DNA from: Trypethelium eluteriae
Lineage: Eukaryota
Reading direction: 5' to 3'
Assembly: GCA_051942245.1 (NCBI GenBank)
Contig: JAVECL010000105.1
Coordinates: 1-51,768 of the forward strand
DNA: 51,768 bases
The notes under the pieces were generated by a model. It ran no database searches. It saw nothing but the letters and a program-made list of their open reading frames with translations, and was not told the origin of the DNA. This document shows, piece after piece, positions 20,901 through 33,754 of this stretch. Made by a program: the position numbers and the translations under genes. Each line of letters starts with the position of its first letter. The stretch's first letter is position 1.

Positions 20901-22199
20901 CTAGATGAAGTCATAGCCACCGTCCGTGATGAGACCAAACTCCAAGGCCTCATTCTTTAACCAGCACATTCTTTCCCCAGATCCAAGAGGCCTTCCAGAT
21001 GCCAAGTGATAATCAATCGCATCCTTCACGTGGCTGATTTTTCGGCCGATTGAGCTGGGTCCCATGGGACCACAAAGACACGGGAATTCGGACCTGCCCG
21101 GCTCGTCGAAATGCACAAGAGTCTTTCCCTCACGGATATTTTTCAGAACAAAAGATGTGACTGGACTGTCTTGGTCTGTCCGATATCTGAATAGAGATTC
21201 GTACGACCCTGAAATGAGGTGGACACTCGTAAGTGTTAACGCGGTAGGATGGACGGTCTCGAGAAATTGGAGTAAATCGCTTTCAGATACATGTAATCCA
21301 CGCAACTGACATCCTTTGAGGTAGAGGGGGTCTGGGCTGATGCTGAGTTCTTGGCAAGCAACGGACAATACTTGTGAGGTGGCATTGTTGTCTCCAAGAC
21401 TGTACCAATGCAAGTCGAGCGTTTCCAATGCTGGCAGATTACGTAACACCGGTATCATATCTTGGGGAATAAGATTCGGATGCCTGTTATGGACTTGATT
21501 CTCTGTCTCGGCGGCCGTTGACTCGGGCTAGTGCTCTGTTGTAGTCTCAGGTGACGTCGACAAGCTGACCGTCAATACTTTCAAGGATCTGAAGACGTGC
21601 CATGGCGCAAAATTTTGTGTGAAGCCCAGAAAGGTATTGGACTCCAGGCTACAGCCTCAGAGACCGTCAAAAATATCCAGATGATTCTCCACGGGTAGCT
21701 GAGACTCGCTTAGCGCCGCCATTGCGACATTGAAGGTATGTGACGCCGTATTCCAGACAGCTCTCCAGGAACAGAACTCGTGCGGCTCGATGAGCTCGCC
21801 ATCTGGTCCCTCGACGCGCGCCACGACACGAAGCCCCAATGAGGAGAGCTCACCTTTAGGAGAGCGTTGCTTGAGATTACGAAACACCTCCGTCAGAAGG
21901 CGTAAGTGCTCGGCACTTTCATCTGTAGCCGTTGTCTCTTTTTGCGCGACGCCACTGATAGCGCAATCCTGAAGAAGATATCCTAAGCGGCCTTGACTTG
22001 TTATGCGCACCATTTCTTGCAGTCTCCTCGTTTTCAGTTCGACATCCTTATCCTTGAAGAACGCGGTGAAACATCCCTGGGAAGCCTTGTCTTCAATGTT
22101 GCGGCTCGTCAATCGGAGGGATGCGATGTCGCAGAGTTCTAGAAAGATCACGATATTCTCAATTAATTCAATCTGGAGAGCTTCGAGAAGCGATGCCAT
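20901..22199 (-). pseudogene. F-box / LRR-like hypothetical protein pseudogene (single exon, two in-frame stops)
   Basis: ATG 22199. F-box-like LEALQIELIENIVIFLELCDIASLRLTSR; LRR-like LPALETLDLHW and LKGCQLRGL. ORFs 21657-22259 and 20901-21458 share one frame, broken by TGA at 21657-21659 and TAG at 21528-21530. Confidence 0.75.
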
Positions 22200-25100
22200 T
22201 TTGCGGTGCGGATTTGCTGAAACCACGTCTAGGAAATCCAGATGGCGAGAGCTAAGCAAAGTATCAGTTCCGCGAGATGCAAGTCAGGAAGCTAGCGTCC
22301 GTCAATGTCTGTTGTACGTGAAAATCGTGGGAGCTCTCATCTAATACTGAATGCAAAGCTTTGGACCATCTGCGGGTCATGTATTGTTCACAAGTAGCGA
22401 ATTGTGACTTACCTATAGAAGAGAATGGCTGTTTGCTTGTCTAGGTATATCTAGGCCGTGGAACACGAGGGTTCAATTCCGAGATCGTGGTCTGGTGGCT
22501 TAAGTTCTAGCTACTGTACCTAGGTAGCAATGGGATGGCATACCAGGCTAGTTTGTTCCTTTCCTATAGTAGCCTTAATTCCTTACACCTCCACATTGGT
22601 GGAAGGTTGAAAATTTATGGCCGGTCATTGGTAAGTTGAGCTTGGCGGGACTATCCGAACGTGATCGATATTATTTTGAGGAATACCTTAAGGCTCGGCG
22701 GTCTTGGCGGTACCAATTTACACATGGTGGGGGATCGCCACAGCCAGCCACAGTCACCCGCACAACTATTACGACATGGGTATTGCAGATGGAAGCACTC
22801 GAACGAAACGTACTTGCAATTCGGATCAAACTTTCGCAGCCTATATCTCAGCCCTCAGAACCGATAATTAGAATCCGGATCGGATGTAAATCTCTTAGCC
22901 AGTCAGCTCTTGTTTGAGATCTGGACCGTCTTAAAATCTCCAAAAATGATTCAGCGAACCCAGGTCCCTTGCTTTAAGCAGATTGTGACCCGATTGCGAC
23001 CCGATTGCGACAGCGCAGCGTTCCAAAATCTTGCAATCTAAGCCTGTGATTCTTTGAAGACTATATCAAACCATCATCTCTCCAGAGCATCTTACTAGAT
23101 GTTTCTTATTGCGGATGCTGGAGATAATTTTATGATTTTGTATGGCAAAATTTAGAGCAAATGGTAGTCTGTTAACGCCGTAGCTAGTGTAAAATCCAGA
23201 TCGGAGATTCATTCCTTAACCGCCGACCGGGGCGTACCGCACCCCACTCCATGAAGAATACGCTGCTAAAGATCGCGAAGATCTAGGGAAATTTCGTGAT
23301 ATTGTAGATACAGAACATTGTACTGGCAACTTTTGGAAAATGCTACTTGGATCGATTAATCCTTGGTTTGATCAGTCAAACGAAATAGTACCAGCGTCGT
23401 CGAGCTCGACCCAACAGACTGGATAAGACCGTACACAATCCATCCTCGAGTCGGAAAGGAGCATATCACTTCGCAACGTCACTTATCGGACGAATCGTTA
23501 TGTAGTTCAATGATTCTCTCTGGTGAAACCCGGAACTGTCGCATTGTACATGCCATTGGCCGAAGCCCACGAGTTGGATCTACTGGGGATCTTCTAAAAT
23601 TTTCTTAAATGACTGCATCCTCTATTGTTCCTAGATTTCTCTCACTTCTTTAAATAATAATAAGCAAGGCGGCTTTGGTCCAGATCGGGCAGCATCAGGG
23701 ATTGAACAGAGTCACGTGTAATTTCGGCGTGTCAGAAATCATCATTATATCACCTCTCAGCAGTCGCATATGCCAATCTTCGGCATCTCACTTCAACGGG
23801 CCTGGGAAAAAGACTATTTTTGCAAACCGCAACAAGCATTCAATGATTTTGGAAAGGCGATCTGACTGGGATAGGCGTTGTAGGGGCGTGATGGATGATA
23901 CCCCGTAGATGACGAAGTCATGTACAAATTGTCTTTGTGTGCGCGCCTTCTGGTTGGGTAGAAACTACTCTATTTAGCTTTTCATGGCGAACTGCATTAT
24001 AAACCAAAGTCACAGACGTTACAGAATCTCAGCAATGTCCATGAAAGTAATATAGATTTACGAATTTGCTCAGTTGGTTTTACAATGCTGTCTTGAGTCT
24101 AGCATGCATTACTCCTTGATATGACAAATATGTTCACATAAATAGCCATATCACAATTGACCAACGAACGGGAAATTCTCTTGCTACATTCTACACTATC
24201 ATTACAGAATAATTCTCACGAGGACGACTTTAAATTCTGGCAGAAATCTGAAAGGGTTGTGGTCAATATTCTGTGTGTTTCTTACATAGCTGAGCAGACT
24301 TGATCTTGTCATGTGGCTCGATGATTCCCCAAACAACTCTTTGATGATGCAAAATTAGTGGTGAAAGCTCTCGTGATCGCCCGTTAGGATTGCTAATATG
24401 ATTACCTTCTCACACATCACATGCAATATCACTCTCTCAATATTAAAATAACACCATGAAACTGGTGAGAGCGGAGCTTTCGGTCGATAATCCGGTATGA
24501 ATGCTGTTAATCTACCTGGTGGTCGACCGCGTTATAGCCAAGTAATACAAGACGGTCTATGTATACATTCCAGATGTCTTGAATGTTCATTTAATACTGA
24601 GCTACAATCCCAACCCTCTACTACTACACAGGTGGACTATAGTTCACAAGGGGTTCTATATGAGTTTGATAAAAATTGAAGGTTTCAACGTTCAATCGAG
24701 CCTGGTAACGGCCTATAAGCTTCATTCATTGTCGCCGCTTACTTGCCAACACATTGCTTGAGGACAGTAAGACAGCTCGCGCGAAGAGTACAAATCTAAC
24801 GAAAATTCGCATCGCTGCATTGGTAAACAGCCAGAGGCTGGTAATCTGGATATCGTCAATCTATTACTCCCACGCAACGTAACTCACCAACACTCATGCC
24901 GTGGATTTAGTTAGATCAATACACTCAGCATCAGACCAGAGATGCTTGGCTCATAATCTGTGGGAAGACTCAGCCTTCCATTCATTGCACAGAGATCTTC
25001 ATGGCTCAACTCATGGCGGGTTCATCGTCGTAACGAAAGGTATGACTTATCGTCAATAGGCACTTGGATCATGGATAAAGTACTGTACTTGGAATTCGAG

Positions 25101-25442
25101 CATATAGCCCGCTCGAAACGAGTTGCGATACGAATCTTGCGCAACGATAAATTCAGTGACTGGAAGAGTGCGATTCTGTCACTGTTGGTGCTTGGTCAAT
25201 GAGCATGATTCGATACTGACAATTCATCTAAGATCTCAATATTCACCCAAAGATAATGCTTCTGACTCTGCTATGATTCATTTCATCAAGATTAGATCCA
25301 AGTCCGATCAGTATAAATAACCCTCGAACCTTTGCTCCTATGGATCAATATTCTCAAAGTTATCTCTCTGACTTCTACATCTTCTTCGACATTCTGCTTT
25401 TCCGAACTCAAAGAGTCCCTCAACTCGACAAGGACAGCTACT

Positions 25443-25778
25443 ATTTCTAACTATCAGCGTGCCACTCAATCTTCTACTGCAAAGGCCAATGATGGTTCTC
25501 ACAAGGCAACGAGCGGAGCCGACGGACTGGCTACCGGCCGCAAGGTAAGCCAACCATTACAAAATTTCCCACTCGGGAATGGACATGCGCTAACCCGGGA
25601 AAAGACATCTACAATGTCAAATGGACAGCCAAGACCAACAAGTACGGTAGCAGCTTCGACAGAATCGTTCATGAGGCAGACTCAGAGCTCTCAAGCCAGG
25701 GCCAAGAATGCTAAATCAAAGGAAAAGCGAAGAAATGATTCAAATTATCCTATGGAAGTCGTTGAATGGGAGAAGTAG
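25443..25778 (+). CDS. Small basic Ser/Thr-rich protein with two [YF]xRxTQSSxA[KR] motifs; start uncertain (ATT at 25443 or ATG at 25614), possibly a pseudogene
   Basis: NYQRATQSSTAK and SFMRQTQSSQAR motifs; canonical in-frame 60-nt intron GTAAGC..GCTAAC..AAG at 25545-25604. Confidence 0.4.
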   Translation: MSNYQRATQSSTAKANDGSHKATSGADGLATGRKVSQPLQNFPLGNGHALTREKTSTMSNGQPRPTSTVAASTESFMRQTQSSQARAKNAKSKEKRRNDSNYPMEVVEWEK

Positions 25779-27409
25779 AAAGGGGGGATTGATCAGATAA
25801 GCAACAATCGATCTCTGCTCAGCGTCTGGTATGACGCACAGGGTTCAATGACTAATGGCTGATGGGGCTGGCTTTATTCATGGACCAGGGCACTCTTAAT
25901 CTTCTTGTCGAATCATTCGGTAACAAGGCCTGTTTTCCACTGCTATGTTTATCGGGGGAGAACATCTGCTACTGCTATGTCTCTTGCTTGTACTCAATTT
26001 TGAACGTCTCGGGCGATATCAGATGCCTTTAGATAGTCTTGGGCTAGGTTGATTGGATCTTTATCTGCATTGTTTATCAAGACTCCAATTGAACACATGA
26101 CTTTCTTTGACTATCTGAAAGAAGCACATGGTACTTATGGCACACAGGACATTGGAGCTCTCGCTAAGAGTCTCTGAAGTATCTGAACTTTGAGCAAATT
26201 TCGTGAAGAAGGCGACCTTTAGATTGGAGTTGCCGGAAGGTTTCCCCCAAAAAGCTCTGAGGACCATGAGTGCTTGGATGTAGATTGATTAGTTGATGAC
26301 CTACAGCCAAGTCAGCCCTCGGCACTACAGCTAACCCTTCTGAATCCGAGCTTCCTTGTGAAGGACAGCAAGAGCTTACACAGCATGTTGATGTATTGTG
26401 GAGCGAGGAAAGCTTTGAAACGGTCCTACAGATCGACTTAGGCATGAGCAAGTCAAATTTGTTCCATCGCTCAGTCGCAATAATTCTAGTATAATGTCAT
26501 ACTAATGCTTAGGAGATACTCTCTCTGTTTGGAAAGCAAACGCACCCCACCAGTGAATGATACTGTGAGACCACCTTACGGCCGCTGGGGGGTTCCTCAA
26601 CTGGTAGTTAATACAACATTACCTCAGTTCAACTGTTATAACCCCGACCCATGTTGAGGCGGTGCTAACATGGACCAATAAGGTCATAACAGTAAAGTTG
26701 AAATTACATTGTATTAATTACCAGTTGAGAAACCCCCCAACCGCCGTAAGGTACCTTGCTCTTTCCATAGATGTCCAACAGTGGAAGGCGTTTCAAATGA
26801 CGTGTGAAATACACATGTGTCCACCTTCAAGTTTCACATGCTATTTGGTTGGAGTCATGGACAATTAATCAACGATTACATTGACATGACCTTTCCCTTC
26901 TCCGTGCCCAGCTAGAAATCATCGCTTCGTGCAGGGAAGTTCATCCGGCCTCCGACCTACAAGTTCCCATCGATCCACTTTGCTCCATCACTTGGGAGGA
27001 CCTTTTGTGGCAGCATTCCTCTAATCACGTTGCGACCAGGCGTGCCGGAGATCCACTTTCTGTAACCCACCGCACTGATCCCACTTCAAAGGGAACACGG
27101 GCCAATCAAGGCATCATGAGCGATTGACCGAGCTTGCCGCAAGGTTCATGAAAAAGATTCTGCCGAAGCCAGCTAACAGTCGTCCAGGCCCAGTATCTAT
27201 TAGGGGTCTCATTTAGTACGGACTCAATATCGGCCCTCTCAATTCGGCGAATATGACAAGCAGGCAGACACGAGCAGAGAGGCTTTCATACGATAGCCCG
27301 TGTCGAGTTTCGAATCGGAAGCGCACGATCGAGCTTTTCGGAAAGTCCAAGGATCGACAAGGCTAATCGCAGCAAAATGGCATGATGCCTAACAGGTGCA
27401 CAAGATGTC

Positions 27410-30248
27410 TTAACGCACATTGCCATGTCGCCGTGCTCTCCAGTCGTCCTTTACATGGTTATACTCGTTTCTGAACGCTTCCTTATCTAGCAGCGCCAGC
27501 TTGTTAATACATCGAACAAGAAGCAACGATATCTGACCAACCTTCTAATGACCTAAACTTCAATTTGATGGAACTGAATTCCTGTGCAGTGCAGTTCAAT
27601 TCAGCGGATCCCTTGTTCTCTTCAAGTTCTTGCAGCCAATCACGACCCAGCGGAATAGCGGCATAGCCATTTTCAGTATCAGGCTTTACTGTTGGTGGAT
27701 GAAGTATCAATGCCATGAAAGACTCGTCCTTGCTTTTGTCGGTGGGAGTGAATTCAAGTACTAATCTCTTTACGTCAAGGGCGTTGCTTTTGCATTCAGG
27801 TGGCAACTTTTTGATCTTTTCGTTCTGAACAATCCGAAGCAAGAGAATCGAGTGACCACAGTATAAGACAACACGGCAGGGCGGAGCTTCTTTGTCGGCC
27901 TGTTTTGCACGCTCTCTCCTTTCCTTTGGAATTGGTTTTTTAGCACGTGGAATTGCTCCGTCACTGCTTTCATATTCTTTCCATAGCTGTGCATTAGCCT
28001 TTTTCCCATTGAGCGAAGGCAGGTGCGGTGTTGGGTCATTCTTTTGACCAGACAAAACGCCTACTGTAGATTTAAATACCTTCTTGAGAGCATTGTCCTG
28101 AATTGGGGTCAATTCCACGTCATCAATGGCAAATTTACGGCTCAGCCGCTGTCCCGTCATAATCGATTGCATCTTCTGCGCTTGCTCGACGAGATTACCT
28201 CCAGTAAAATAATAGTCCAGTCCTTGTATCTTTATGAAAACAAGGCCTGTCTCTTGTTTGACAGGTGTCCCTTGAACGAAGGATACTGCCGGTCCATTGT
28301 ATGCAGGTTTTTCAGGGAATGAAAAGAACGGAATCAGGGCTGCACGAGGGTATAGTGTATGGGGTTCTCGCAGGTCCTTATTGATGTTCAACATTTCGAT
28401 CGTGCCGTAGCTTTCCCCTTCCTCACGGAGCACGTGAAGGTGGACCTTCTCATCGCTCTGTCCGTCACGGCGATGGAGACCTGACTCTGACATCTCGGCA
28501 AATGCACTCTTTTCAATCTCGATTTTCCCTGCAGGAAGCGAGAATTTCTGGTATGCTGGTCTCTGGTCAGGATCAAACGTAGCTTCTTCTAGATGACTTT
28601 TTAGAAGCGAACAGACTTCTTGTGCCTCAGGTCGGTCAGACGCTGCTGGTGATAGCATTCTTCTGATGAGAGAAATGACTTGAGCAAGGAACTGTCGAGT
28701 TCTGGGGCTGCCGGGGGGATCGATATGTTCTGCAAGACTTCTCATGAATGCTTCAATCTCGCCTTTAATTTTCCAAGTCCCAGAGTCATGGTCCTTGGTG
28801 TAAAATCTGTGATCTTCCCGCCGAGGAGGCTGAGCAGGCGTTCGCCTAACTGCATCTAAGCCTCTACTTTCACTCGGCTTGGTAAGGCCCTCATGACCCC
28901 GCACAATGAAAGCAAGCACTTCGAGATAGATACAGCCGAGAGAGAAAATATCATAACTCCGTCCGAGCTTCTCCTTGCTATCGTTCAGTTCTGGAGGAGC
29001 ATACGAATCTGTCCCTCCTTGATTGTTGAGCACTCGAGTTGTAGTACCATCTCTTTCTACGTCCTTGAAAATCGCCTGTCCGAAGTCGGTAATGACCCAT
29101 GTGCCATCGTCCATGACGAGAATATTGGCATCTTTGATATCGAAATGGAAGCCAATGAGCTCCTCTTTCTCCGAAGCATTTCTCGCCTTAGCTTCCTCTC
29201 CAAAGGAGTGGATCGCACCCACCGCTTCGGTAATACCATAGAGTTGATTCCAAAGAGGAGATTGCTCAAGAGGACCTTGGCGCCAGTTGTCTGCCTCGAA
29301 ATCAGGGTTCCTTAAATATTTGTCGAGATTGGTTTTGGCTCGTGGAAAGACCAGGTTGTAATCTTCTCCTAGTTTGTATACTTTTACTAGCTTAATAATA
29401 TGCGGATGAGAAAGAGTCGTGACCCGACTCAGGGCTTTCTTCTCAAGACAGATCAACAAGGGAGGGAGATCACCCCGTACAGTAATCTGCTTTCTGGCAA
29501 ACTTCGTAACACCGGTGACGCCTGGGTCCTACAAAATTAGGCATGTCGTCAGTTAAAAAGAGGAAATGTTATTTACCCTGAACTTCCGGTATTCATGATA
29601 AATCTCGAATACAAAGACTCGACTATGCCCACCTTCCGGCCGGATATGGCCGGACTCTGACTGACTTCCAATCTCCTCTTGCTTAATGAATGGGAGTACG
29701 CGGTCAGCACCCCAAGCGACATACTGTGGAGAGTCCAATCTTGGAATTGCGAATCGTGGTAACCACTCGACAAAATCTTCGGCAAGAGCAGCAGAGCCTT
29801 CCGCCTGGTCTCTAGTGTACTCTGGCCAGTATTCCTCCTGTAGTGTCTTCACAGCATTGGGGCCGGTGAAAACCTCAAGGTGGTTGTCGTTTCGCTTCTT
29901 GTGCAGGAACGGTGTAATGAATTGTGGACGACCAATGTTGGTGAGGAGAGCAAGGAGAGAGATTGAGGTCCGATCCCAGTCGGGACGAGTGTCAGGAACA
30001 CCGATGATCTGGTCGACGTACTCAATCGATTTGGTTATGTCACCGAACAACTGTGCATCCCTTGCACATCTATCGCAGGGGCATTCTAGAACGTCGCGGA
30101 GGTGTTGGCCATTGTTTTCCTTGAAGTATTTCAAGAGTCTATCCCAAGGAAAGAAAGGTTTGGGCCCCTCAATCAAGGGAGATTTCCTTGGGATTGCACG
30201 GATGGCTTCCCGAGCTTTAACGCACGCAGGGTCCTTTGAGTCTGACAT
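27410..30248 (-). CDS. Atypical fungal Ser/Thr protein kinase with long N- and C-terminal extensions, ~911 aa
   Basis: ATG 30248; introns 29529-29576 and 27487-27541; TAA at 27410. Kinase motifs EGGHSRV, FARK, HPHIIKL, GFHFDIKDANILV, ITDFG, GTDSYAPPE, DIFSLGCIYLE, RMLS..SDRP. Confidence 0.92.
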
Positions 30249-30846
30249 TCGTGACCATGCCCAGGTTGTGCTAGTGAGCCAAAAACAGCGAAAAGCAATG
30301 TGACCGAAACGATCCGCAAGATTGACGAGAATCAGCCAATTCTGATGCGTTTGATCGACCTGATTCTTGGTAGGGGGCGGGAGTGCAGGACAGAGGAAGC
30401 ATCTGTATGGCTGCAAGAGCTAAAGCGCATGGACTGGCTAAAGATACAGTGGGTGGTCGAACTTATCCAAAGGAAGAAGTATATCCAATAAAAAGAGAAA
30501 ACACCATGTGCCAGAGATGAATGAGGGGCATCCTTGGACGCGTGAACTACGACCTGCAGATGATACGGCAGGGAGCGGCGTGATATTTGGGCAGATAAGC
30601 ATGCGAGTTGGAGCCGGAGCCTAGTGCTGCCTTGTCCAATTCCAACAGCATTGCATGGTGGCTTTGGAAAGGCTGTGAAGATATGTACCTCCGCTCAGAT
30701 CTATCATTGGTTGACAGCGGTAGATCGTCCCACGCCACATACGACGACACTCACGCTTTGAGTGTGCCTATCTCTCCGGCCGCTAAGCGCCCGAAAAAAA
30801 TTGCGTGTCAAGAGACCATTCGGCCGTGTCCTTGCATGTGGGTCTT

Positions 30847-32656
30847 CTACTGAACATTGATGCCTATCCCAGCTTCTTCGTCCATGCGAGCCAGTACGGA
30901 TGGTGCGGAGTGCCCCAGGCATTTGGGGTGCCGTCGATCCGCGCACCACCACGCTGTAAAAGTGGCTATGAGGAAAAAGATAGTGAGGCAACCGAAAATT
31001 ACAAGCTCGCCATCAAAATGAAATGCAATTCTGTTCGGAGTGCGGCTGATACTGATGTAGCCCATGCTCAGCATTTGCTGCGGGTCATCAGCAATGGAAA
31101 CTTTAACAGACTTGATCCAAGGTCTTACAGATGCAAAGGAAGCCGGCAGGTACACCATCGTGACAATTGTGATGGTCTTCAAAGTTCTTGCATCCCGCTG
31201 AGCTTCTTGTGTCAAACGTAGCATTAATCGGTTATCCGCCTGAGCCAAATGAGTCAGTTCCGCCGAAGCCTTTCCACTGCTATATAACGCCTCAAGTCCA
31301 CGGAATGCCAATGTACTTTGCATCTACATGTGATCAGTCATACAAGCAATAACCGTTCAGTCATGTTTGACTCACTGAGCCTGCCACTGCGTCAAGCCTC
31401 CGAAGGAGAGTCTGCACGCGGCGCTTTTGTAACTTCATCTCACTGTAGCTCATCTTGATACACTCTCCATTCACCGTTGGCTCATGTGTGTTATTGATCC
31501 ACGTCAGTGCGGGCTTCCCCAGAGCCTTCCGTGCGATCTTCTGGCAAATCACTAAATTTGACTCCAAAAGGTGGCTCAGGCGGTGAAGCCTATCTCGCAT
31601 GACTTGGACATCTTGAAAATCATCGTAATGGAGATCGGGAAAGGAGTTTTCCTTGCTTGGTTGCACTCTTGAAAGATGGGTCTTGGTTTTCTATCTCCAA
31701 TTATCAGAAGGACAGAGATATTGAAACTTCGTCACACTATACCAACGGTTCAAACTGATCCTCAAGGCCATTCACAAATAAATTCCACTTGGAGGAGGCG
31801 CAGGACATCAGTAAGGTGTGCAAGTCGCCTGCACCTGGCTTCGTCTTCTCATCCTGTGTCGCTTGTCGCCAGCGCTGTTGAAAGGATTGTGATGGATTCA
31901 GAATCACGACAAAGTCCTTGCCGGTCTCGGTATCACGTCGGTGATAGACCGCTGTTTGGCGGATCGACCACGAACCCTCCTCGTAGTCTCGACCATGCTC
32001 TTCGACGAACTTGAAGAGGTAACAGAGCTCTGAGTGTGCCAGTTAGTGGACGTGGTCAAGTTTCTCAGGCGTCTATGAGAGGTCATGCTTAGTAATTACC
32101 GAAAGATTGGCTCGGAGCTAATTTCCACTCTTGGAAGCAGCCCCTAGATTCACTCGGTCTCTCAATCCTCTCTCCAAATTCGTGTAATATATCATAGAAA
32201 GGTGGAAAAACTTGAAGGTGGCCCAAGAGAGTATGCATGGCATCATGTGAAATCAGCAGCTTGCCCATGGAATATTCTTGTCCAATGTATCTAACGACCA
32301 GGTCAGTTTGGCAACGCTGCATTCTCTGCGCTCAGGGAGAGCTTACAGGACGCTCATGACTGGACCCGATGATCTCCGTGAGGTCAGGCACTTTGCAAGC
32401 TCTTCCGAAGATCTACAAAACGAGGCTGGACAATCCACCTTGATTAGTATTCAGGAAAGCTTCTAACTTGCGAATGCCTACCATCTCTTCCGACATTAAT
32501 AAATTTAATGAGGGTCTTCTCGTCTGAAACAAACAACCGATCGGCATCTTGGTAGAATCTATTGGAGTAGTGCTCAATATCATGACTGCGTCCATGATCG
32601 CGAGTAGCGAACAAATCGTAGAAGTCAGAGGTATCCTTGCTGGTGTGACCTGACAT
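30847..32656 (-). CDS. Fungal CorA/ZntB-like protein with C-terminal 2-TM hairpin, ~490 aa, 7 exons
   Basis: ATG 32656; introns 32426-32481, 32291-32346, 32030-32099, 31691-31742, 31324-31375 and 31078-31128 give a stop-free frame. Motifs QVFPPFYDILHEFG, ELCYLFKFVEEHGR, WSIRQTAVYH, DARTLKTITIVTMVYLPASFASQMLSMGY plus a second TM. Confidence 0.85.
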
Positions 32657-33754
32657 CTTCACCACAGAACACTCAAATACGGCACAATCATATTATCTGG
32701 GTTACCTGATTATATATTTCTTGTGTGCTAAGGCTGCGAACGTTTTCCCCATGGCAGAGACATCATCATCATCCCTACTTTGGTACTCGAGGTGCAGGTA
32801 CGTACATAAAGCCCCCGCATACTTCTGCCGCTGGGCGCGCCTTATCACAAAGACCCCCCAGACGCGAGACAGAAGAAAGTCCTACTCTCTTTTCCGAGTC
32901 TTACCCTCACGCTGGATTTTCGAGTCCGGCCAGTCAAAAAAATTGAATGTATACGTTATGCACTACACTAAACATACGCCTGAGGCGCACCAAATCGGTT
33001 TGGATCCGTTCTCCTACGTAACTCTTGAATCTCGTCCTAAAGTAAAAAAAGGCTGTTGGCTACACTAACATTTCGAACAGAGTAGGAACAACATACACTA
33101 TTCAATTTTCTCATCGCTGTGATTTTGATTGTCGAATCTCTATCTATCTTCCTCAAATCAGCGTCATATCCTGTGTCATCGGTTTTCTTTCTAGCTGTCG
33201 ATCTATGCATACATCATAGGTCCAATTCGACCCAAATTCTGTGATTTTACTGTTGATGTATGCTTCCAGAATATCGGCTTTGATATAGCTTGCTTGAGTA
33301 AGTCGTTGGAATCTAAAGAATTTGTAGATACAGAGACTCACGAGCGCTCAATGGTCTGGTTCTGGTAGGTAGCGGCTGCCATGATACAGAAGAATTTCCA
33401 TGCTTGGGCGAACAGTGGGGCCGGGGTGGCTTTACAATCCAAAGCTGCGTCGCACAAGGGAAAAGCAATCAATCGGGCTAAACCCATCTTTATCACACCT
33501 TCCGCATCCGTTGATCAAAATGATTGCTGCCTGTTCGGTGGCTTGTCAGTGAGCCGCTGCGGATCTGCCCAAAATCAGCCTCGATCGCCCTGCCATGTAC
33601 CGTCGGGCGACAGGATACAGCCCCGATGGCTGGGGCACCAGAATTTGCGGTCCAGAATCACTGCATTGATGGCCATCATCGACAGATATCCTTCCATCCT
33701 CCTTCCATCCTCCTTGCAGATGAGGATACTTCTATTGATCATCAAACTGACAGA

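Noticed and set aside
22981..23011. GATTG(T/C)GACCC x3 as a CRISPR-like or functional array
   Set aside because: No spacers, only three short units, eukaryotic context; ordinary slippage repeat.
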